A stretch of 63,638 nt of DNA, counting the filler. It is 7 parts of 7 records of this genome, joined end to end, with 100 filler letters (N's around TTAATTAATTAA, not from the genome) between each part and the next. Parts side by side here need not be neighbours in the genome. Positions count along the whole stretch, not along the records: positions 57,271 to 63,638 come from DRR723986_18678; 6 more parts are not named here. One strand, 5' to 3'. The position numbers and the translations under genes are program-made. The notes under the pieces were generated by a model, which was not told the DNA's origin, ran no database searches, and worked only from the letters and a program-made list of their open reading frames with translations. Below are positions 58,186 to 63,638 of this stretch, piece after piece. Numbering within the stretch: the stretch's first letter is position 1; each line of letters begins with the position of its first letter.

Positions 58186-58296
58186 CGGTGGTATGGCCAA
58201 CCTTATCTCATAAATTTGCAACGATATTTCTCGCGCACCCTAGCGATTTAGCCGCGGTTTGGAAGCAGAATCTTGTCTGTTTATAAAATACCCATG

Positions 58297-58330
58297 AAAA
58301 AGGCCGGAACACGCGGTGCGGTTCCGGCCT
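58297..58330 (-). terminator. Terminator of the candidate sRNA
   Basis: AGGCCGGAAC-N10-GTTCCGGCCT-TTTT. Confidence 0.75.
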
Positions 58331-58428
58331 AATGTATCATGCTTGCCCTCCTGGCCCGACTTAGGGGGGAATGGGGGGGAGGGTCGGACCTTTAGTGGGC
58401 AAGCAGACCTTTGTAATTTCTTACAAAC
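58297..58428 (-). ncRNA. Candidate ~130-nt sRNA with C-rich loop and intrinsic terminator
   Basis: Three hairpins, promoter upstream and U-tract downstream; family not recognised. Confidence 0.6.
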
Positions 58429-58431
58429 CAT

Positions 58432-58459
58432 ATATGGGGAGCTAAAATGTTGCTTCAAG
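58432..58459 (-). promoter_or_regulatory. Sigma32 (RpoH)-type promoter
   Basis: Minus strand CTTGAA-N14-CCCCATAT. Confidence 0.65.
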
Positions 58460-58543
58460 ACCCAAGTGGCAAAAAACACCAAAACATGCCTAAGTCATTT
58501 AAATAATTAAATAATTAAATATGCGATAATGATTGAAAAGGTG

Positions 58544-58634
58544 AAAGTTGGGCGGCGTTTTCAGACCGGCTCGCGATCTAGGGAATCCGATGCGCCGAAA
58601 CTGACAGGATGTGCACTAACGCCGCCCATACTTT
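58544..58634. ncRNA. Second candidate structured element, long interrupted hairpin
   Basis: AAAGT-TGGGCGGCGTT...AACGCCGCCCA-T-ACTTT closing stem with inner TCAG/CTGA and CGGC/GCCG pairs. Confidence 0.4.
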
Positions 58635-58684
58635 GTATATTGAGCTTTAAGGGCGCTATCTTTGACAATGGTCAAGAAGGCCAG

Positions 58685-58711
58685 AAAAAAGGGCCGCCGA
58701 AGCGACCCTTT
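58685..58711 (-). terminator. Terminator of the S9 peptidase gene
   Basis: Minus strand GGGTCGC-TTCG-GCGGCCC-TTTTTT. Confidence 0.85.
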
Positions 58712-58731
58712 GAATTTTTGGATAACGCCCA

Positions 58732-60948
58732 TCACTTCAATTTACGGTCGAAGAAATTAAGCGCTTGATTCCACAAGAATGTGCGGGTTTTCTCTCCGCG
58801 AATGCCGTGCTTTTTGCCGGGGTATGTCATTAGCTCAAACTGTTTGCCGCTGTTTTGCAAAACCGAGAGTAACTTCACTGTATTATCAAAGAATACATTG
58901 TCGTCTGCCATGCCGTGCATGAGCAGCAAGTTACCGCCTTTAAACCCATCCACATATTTAAACACGCTGGAATTTGCGTAGACATCGCCCGGTGCATCAG
59001 GGTGGCCCAAATACCTTTCGGTATACGCAGTGTCATATAGTCGCCAATCAGTCACCGGCGACACAGCAAGACCTGCTTTATACACGTCTGGATTTTTGAA
59101 CATGCTCATCAACGTCATATATCCGCCGTAAGACCAACCCCACGTGCCAATGTTATCACCGTCCACAAAAGCTAAACTTTTCAGGTAGTTAGCACCGGAA
59201 ACCTGGTCTTCAACCTCTACGGTGCCCATGGCATTTTTAATCTGCCCCTCAAACTCAAGGCCGCGGTTCCACATGCCCCGATTGTCTAGAACCATCACCA
59301 CATAGCCATTGCGGGCCAAAATTTCGTTGAAGTTAATCTCCCACACATTGCGCACACGCTGGCCGTGAGGACCGCCGTAGGGTGCCAAAATGGCAGGATA
59401 CTTCTTGCCCTCTTCCATGGTGTGAGGTTTGAGCAAACGGTAGTATAACGGTGTACCGTCGGCCGCTTCTATCGTTCCGAATGATTGCTCAGAGGCCGTA
59501 TCCAAATATCGATAATATGGATGGCTTTCATCCAGTGTATTGGCAAGAACAGTTGATTCCAAACTGCCATCAGCAAGGCTGCGAATGGTCACCTGCGGGG
59601 GTTGGCTTGGGCTAGAGAAATTATCAATATAAACATCTGCACCGACTGTAGCTGAATGCCAGCCTGCTTCTTGGCTTATGCGCTTAATCGCACCGCCAGC
59701 AAGCGGCACAGAATATAAATGCTGCTCAATTGGTGTGTCTTTAAAGCCAGTGAAATAGATCAGGCCGGCATCTTCATCAATTTTGCTAATGCCAGACACA
59801 ACCCAATCGCCGGACGTAAGCGCAGTGGCCTCACCGTCTTTCATTGCCAAGCGCTCAATATGGCGGAAACCAGACTTTTCGCTTGTGCGCACCATGGTTT
59901 TGCTGTCGCTCAAAAAGCGCATATTGTTATCAAGGTTAACCCAGATATCCGACTGTTCACTCAAAAACACAGACGACTTGCCTTCCAGGTCAGCTAGCAA
60001 AACATCAAGCTGCGTTTGCGCCCTGTTTAACCGTTGCACCACAACTTTCTGACTATTAGGCAACCAGTTAACCCGGCCAAGGTAAATGTCCGCCTCGTCA
60101 CCAAGGTCCACCCATTCAACATCGCGGTTTTGTATTTCAACAATACCAAGTTTCACCTTCACATTGGCGCTACCCGCCTCAGGATAGCGCTGTTTCAAGG
60201 CAACAACACTGCCGTCCGGCTGCACTTCGTAACGGTCTTTAACTAACACATTGCTTTCATCGAATTGCTCAAAAGCAATGCGCGTTTCATCCGGTGACCA
60301 CCAATAGCCCGTGAATCTGCCCAGCTCCTCCTGTGCAACAAATTCGGCCATGCCATTAGCAATTGTATCACTAGAGCCAGTAGTGAGTTTAGTTTCCCGT
60401 CCTGTAGCAACATTAACGGCGTATAGCTCACGGTCCCGCACAAATGAAACATATGAGCCACCGGGGCTAAATTTAATATCAGTTTCAAAAGCTTCAGTTT
60501 CAGTCAGGCGCTTTACATCGCCGCCAATGGGCAACACATAGACATCACCGCTTATGGGGAACAGCAAAGTCGATGCATCAGCAGACCAAAAGTAACTGGT
60601 TATACCCGTTTTGCCGGTAATCGCGCGGTTACGTTCGCGGCGCGCTTTTTCTTCTTCGCTCAACACTTCGGTGCCGCCATCCAAAAGCGTGGCTGAATCA
60701 ACCAACAAGTTTGATGCGCCGGTGTTTACATCAAATTCCCACAAATCAAGCTGTGCGGCATTACCCGCCTTGCCTTTCAGAAAAGTCACGCGCCGACCGT
60801 CTGGCGACATTTTAAGCCCTTGAACATTGGCACCGTTAATAGACGGACTGCCTTCAAGCCGCTCTATGGTAAATTCTTCAGCAACTGCCGACGCCGACAC
60901 CGCAATTATGCCAGCAACAGCTGCTGTCGTTCGCATCATAAAATTCAT
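58732..60948 (-). CDS. S9B dipeptidyl peptidase IV
   Basis: AEFVAQEE, GWSYGG, YDTAYTERY, HGMADDNV, YPGKKH; signal peptide. Confidence 0.93.
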   Translation of the reverse strand: MNFMMRTTAAVAGIIAVSASAVAEEFTIERLEGSPSINGANVQGLKMSPDGRRVTFLKGKAGNAAQLDLWEFDVNTGASNLLVDSATLLDGGTEVLSEEEKARRERNRAITGKTGITSYFWSADASTLLFPISGDVYVLPIGGDVKRLTETEAFETDIKFSPGGSYVSFVRDRELYAVNVATGRETKLTTGSSDTIANGMAEFVAQEELGRFTGYWWSPDETRIAFEQFDESNVLVKDRYEVQPDGSVVALKQRYPEAGSANVKVKLGIVEIQNRDVEWVDLGDEADIYLGRVNWLPNSQKVVVQRLNRAQTQLDVLLADLEGKSSVFLSEQSDIWVNLDNNMRFLSDSKTMVRTSEKSGFRHIERLAMKDGEATALTSGDWVVSGISKIDEDAGLIYFTGFKDTPIEQHLYSVPLAGGAIKRISQEAGWHSATVGADVYIDNFSSPSQPPQVTIRSLADGSLESTVLANTLDESHPYYRYLDTASEQSFGTIEAADGTPLYYRLLKPHTMEEGKKYPAILAPYGGPHGQRVRNVWEINFNEILARNGYVVMVLDNRGMWNRGLEFEGQIKNAMGTVEVEDQVSGANYLKSLAFVDGDNIGTWGWSYGGYMTLMSMFKNPDVYKAGLAVSPVTDWRLYDTAYTERYLGHPDAPGDVYANSSVFKYVDGFKGGNLLLMHGMADDNVFFDNTVKLLSVLQNSGKQFELMTYPGKKHGIRGEKTRTFLWNQALNFFDRKLK

Positions 60949-61086
60949 GACCGTTTCCCTGTGGTAAAAATAAACTGTGACCAGAAACCTTTCTAACGGC
61001 TTTCATGGTAGAGGCAACCTGTTTGCCAACCACTTTAAGGCCCACTGGTTACCATACTTTTCATATACTATGGAAAAACACTTATA

Positions 61087-61620
61087 TTAAAATGGGTTAA
61101 GCGTATATCCCGATTGCTGAAGTAATGCATGTGCTGTCATGGCAGATACAGCCATTTCAACGCCGGGCAGCAAGTTATCTGAGGTAACACCACGAAAAGC
61201 AGCAGACTGCCCGCATACAATCACCCGCACGCGGTTCGCGAGTAATACTGCAATCAATTCCGCATTGGCGTTGTCACCGCCGTAGGTAGTGTCATCCGTT
61301 ACATCAGCCACTGCACCCCCGTGTACAACGACCGCAAGTTTCATATTGTCAGGTAAAACACCTGCTGCAGCACTCATATTCAAAAAACGTGCAGCACTTT
61401 CAAAACTGCGGTTAAGCGCCCCTGCCTCACCCTGCTGCGTCACATCAAAAGCCACATTGAATACAGCCCCTTTTGCCAAGGGTGCTGCCCCCGGCACGGC
61501 AGCTACAGGTCCATACTCCTTAATCAGCGGACCCGTTTTAAAACCTGCTGGCTGTGCGATCACGGGAGCAGCTAAACTAGTTGCCACCACAGCAGCCGCA
61601 AAAAAGCGTCTCTTTTTCAT
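61087..61620 (-). CDS. Exported DsrE-family protein
   Basis: KKRRFF signal peptide, AVVVHG, VIVCGQS, QQSGY. Confidence 0.75.
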   Translation of the reverse strand: MKKRRFFAAAVVATSLAAPVIAQPAGFKTGPLIKEYGPVAAVPGAAPLAKGAVFNVAFDVTQQGEAGALNRSFESAARFLNMSAAAGVLPDNMKLAVVVHGGAVADVTDDTTYGGDNANAELIAVLLANRVRVIVCGQSAAFRGVTSDNLLPGVEMAVSAMTAHALLQQSGYTLNPF

Positions 61621-61654
61621 AGGAATTTCCTCACATTATCAAATAAATGCAGCG

Positions 61655-62293
61655 TTATTTTTCGCACAGTCGCTTAAAGCCAGCCGCCACAAATGGCACC
61701 ATGCGTTCATATGCGCCCACCATGTCTTCTGATTTAGCAACACCGTCCGACAATTGATCAATCCGACCTGTATGGGCAAAGGTCAGGGTTAATGCCCCGG
61801 AGAGAAAATGGTAACACCAATATAGGTCAGCAGGCTCCGCATTGGGTAGCGCCTGTTTAAGTGCATCCATAAACTTACGCACCAAAGGGTCAAAATACTT
61901 TGTCATTAATTGGCCGCCCCATTCAAACGAACTGTTCACTTGCGCTACAAGTTCAAAATAATGGCGCCACCCCTCGTCTTCCTGATAGCCATGGGCCAAT
62001 AGAGGTTCCAGAAACGCATTAATAATGGCTTCAACGGTTGGGCCCCCTGGCCCCGCTTCAGCCTTACAGCGTTCCAATGCAGCAAGACGGGTATCATTCA
62101 AAACCTCCGCCCGCCTCAAGAGAACAGCGTCAAACAAGCCGCGCTTATTGCCAAAATGATAACTGGATAAAGCTAGGTCTACATCAGCGGTTTCCGCAAC
62201 TTTGCGCATAGAGACACCCTCAAAACCATATTTTGCAAATAAGGCTTCCGCGGCATCCAAAATACGGTCTTTGCGTTTGAGTTTTGTCGTCAT
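61655..62293 (-). CDS. TetR/AcrR-family regulator
   Basis: RILDAAEALFAKYGFEGVSMRKVA..A.V......YHFGNK. Confidence 0.92.
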   Translation of the reverse strand: MTTKLKRKDRILDAAEALFAKYGFEGVSMRKVAETADVDLALSSYHFGNKRGLFDAVLLRRAEVLNDTRLAALERCKAEAGPGGPTVEAIINAFLEPLLAHGYQEDEGWRHYFELVAQVNSSFEWGGQLMTKYFDPLVRKFMDALKQALPNAEPADLYWCYHFLSGALTLTFAHTGRIDQLSDGVAKSEDMVGAYERMVPFVAAGFKRLCEK

Positions 62294-62374
62294 ACTTAAA
62301 ATGGCCAATGCTGGTTTTTACTTACCCCTTGATATTATTAGCCAAAACAACGCGCAGAGCAATTGCCGAATTAA

Positions 62375-62423
62375 AAAATTCAATGATCGTTGAATTTTAT
62401 GTTGACTTTCAACGCTTGTTGAA
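62375..62423. promoter_or_regulatory. Tandem TetR-type operators flanking a TTGACT -35
   Basis: AAAATTCAA-TGATCG-TTGAATTTT (62375-62398) and TTCAAC-GCTT-GTTGAA (62408-62423); TTGACT at 62402-62407. Confidence 0.72.
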
Positions 62424-62504
62424 TTTTATTAACGCTGAATTGGACTGGTCATTAGGTGTGGGAGCCGCACCAGTCTGCACCTTGTGTGCCCGGAGGAGAG
62501 AAAA

Positions 62505-63638
62505 ATGAATTCGTCAAAAGTAACACGCACGGCGTTGCTTGCCAGTGCTGGCATAAGCGCTTTATTGGCCACAGGCAATGTGACGGCACAAGACAGTGGC
62601 CCGTCCGCTCAATTGGAAGAAATACAAGTAACTGCAAGGCGCAGAAGCGAAAGCCTGCAGGATGTACCCATTGCTGTCACAGCTTTTACAGGCGCAGAAT
62701 TAAATAAGTTAGGTGCTCAGGACATTACTTTCTTGGCGCAAACATCGCCAAACATCACGCTCGAAGTATCGCGTGGCACCAACACAACATTAACCGCCTT
62801 TATCCGCGGTGTTGGCCAACAAGACCCCGTAGCAGGGTTTGAAGCCGGTGTGGGCATTTACCTGGACGATGTTTACCTGAACCGCCCACAAGGTGTGGTT
62901 CTGGACATATATGACGTTGAGCGCATTGAAATTCTACGCGGACCACAAGGCACCCTATATGGCCGCAACACAATTGGCGGTGCTATCAAATATGTCACCA
63001 AGCGCCTGGGAGACGACCCTGCCCTGAATTTGCGCGTTCAAGGCGGTACATACGGCCAGCGCGATATCATTGCATCGGCAGAAGTGCCTGTAAGTGAAAC
63101 GATACGCTTGGGCGGTTCTATCGCTTACATGAAGCGAAACGGCTTCGGCGAAAACAGAAATACTGGCGCTGAGCATTATGATAAAGATATTCTTGCGTTC
63201 CGCGGCAGCGTTGAGCTTACCCCGTCTGATCAGCTATTTATTCGGTTATCCGGAGACTATCTGGAAGATAAATCCAACCCAAAGTCAGGACACCGCCTTA
63301 TTCCCGGGCTGTTCAGCGGCGCCCCCGTTCTGGATGATGTGTTTGACACCCGCGCTGGCATAAGCGGCGTGAACGAAGCCGACCAATATGGTGTCACAGG
63401 GTTAATCGAATACGAAGTGAATGACAAAGTAACCATTAAGAACATTGTTTCTTACCGCGAAGATGACAGCTTCCAGCAAATTGACTTTGATAGCTTGCCG
63501 TCCATCGATGTAGATGTGCCGGTGAACTACAAAAATGATCAATTCAGTGAAGAGCTCCAAATTCTATATACAGACGACGCGGTTAGCGGGGTGTTTGGTT
63601 TCTACTATCTGGACGCTTCAGCCTTTAACGAATTTGAC
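62505..63638 (+). CDS. TonB-dependent receptor, N-terminal part (runs off the window, absent from ORF track)
   Basis: GGAGG RBS; signal peptide; LEEIQVTARRR, IRGVGQ, VERIEILRGPQGTLYGRNTIGGAI plug motifs. Confidence 0.93.
   Translation, partial: MNSSKVTRTALLASAGISALLATGNVTAQDSGPSAQLEEIQVTARRRSESLQDVPIAVTAFTGAELNKLGAQDITFLAQTSPNITLEVSRGTNTTLTAFIRGVGQQDPVAGFEAGVGIYLDDVYLNRPQGVVLDIYDVERIEILRGPQGTLYGRNTIGGAIKYVTKRLGDDPALNLRVQGGTYGQRDIIASAEVPVSETIRLGGSIAYMKRNGFGENRNTGAEHYDKDILAFRGSVELTPSDQLFIRLSGDYLEDKSNPKSGHRLIPGLFSGAPVLDDVFDTRAGISGVNEADQYGVTGLIEYEVNDKVTIKNIVSYREDDSFQQIDFDSLPSIDVDVPVNYKNDQFSEELQILYTDDAVSGVFGFYYLDASAFNEFD

Noticed and set aside
58240-58768. Short ORFs in the prfC to DPP-IV gap
   Set aside because: No RBS or protein-like features; they cross terminators and hairpins better explained as RNA structure

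Overview
This window is not one locus. It is seven unrelated contig fragments joined by identical 100-nt linkers (N44-TTAATTAATTAA-N44), so nothing can be inferred across a linker. Taxonomic labels below are my judgement from protein style and gene order, not search results. (1) 1-12730, Planctomycete-like: SASA esterase, csrA, C25 peptidase, a 2348-aa double UvrA with an extra duplicated C-terminal domain, a divergent stand-alone LigD phosphoesterase-like gene and a partial GH63-like glucosidase. (2) 12831-21252, Marinobacter-like housekeeping block: tRNA-Lys 3' end, nadA, bepA, tusA-like, AI-2E, bcp, dapA, bamC, purC, an outer-membrane beta-barrel. (3) 21353-30324, Bacteroidota/FCB-like: a large secreted Asp-repeat/BACON/T9SS-tail protein, an ATP-grasp-like orphan, NlpC/P60, cupin, TPR lipoprotein, lipoate ligase, hydrolase. 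(4) 30425-44011, Roseobacter-group: a LysR-controlled PhyH + HD-oxygenase pair, lone form-II CoxL-like + DUF2235, metF/metR, suhB and others, tRNA-Leu 5' end. (5) 44112-50576, Rhodobacteraceae: creatinase end, CreA, lytic transglycosylase, REC/degenerate-GGDEF regulator + CHASE kinase, tRNA-Thr 3' half. (6) 50677-57170, Planctomycete YtrA-type GntR/ABC operon. (7) 57271-63638, alphaproteobacterial: prfC, two candidate structured RNAs, DPP-IV, DsrE-like, TetR, TonB receptor. No CRISPR, integrase, transposase or phage gene was seen. Best leads: a candidate RpoH-driven anti-SD sRNA upstream of prfC, the PhnY*/PhnZ-like oxygenase pair apparently lacking phosphonate-binding residues, the UvrA/phosphoesterase divergon with twin palindromes, and CsrA-type GGA hairpins near csrA.
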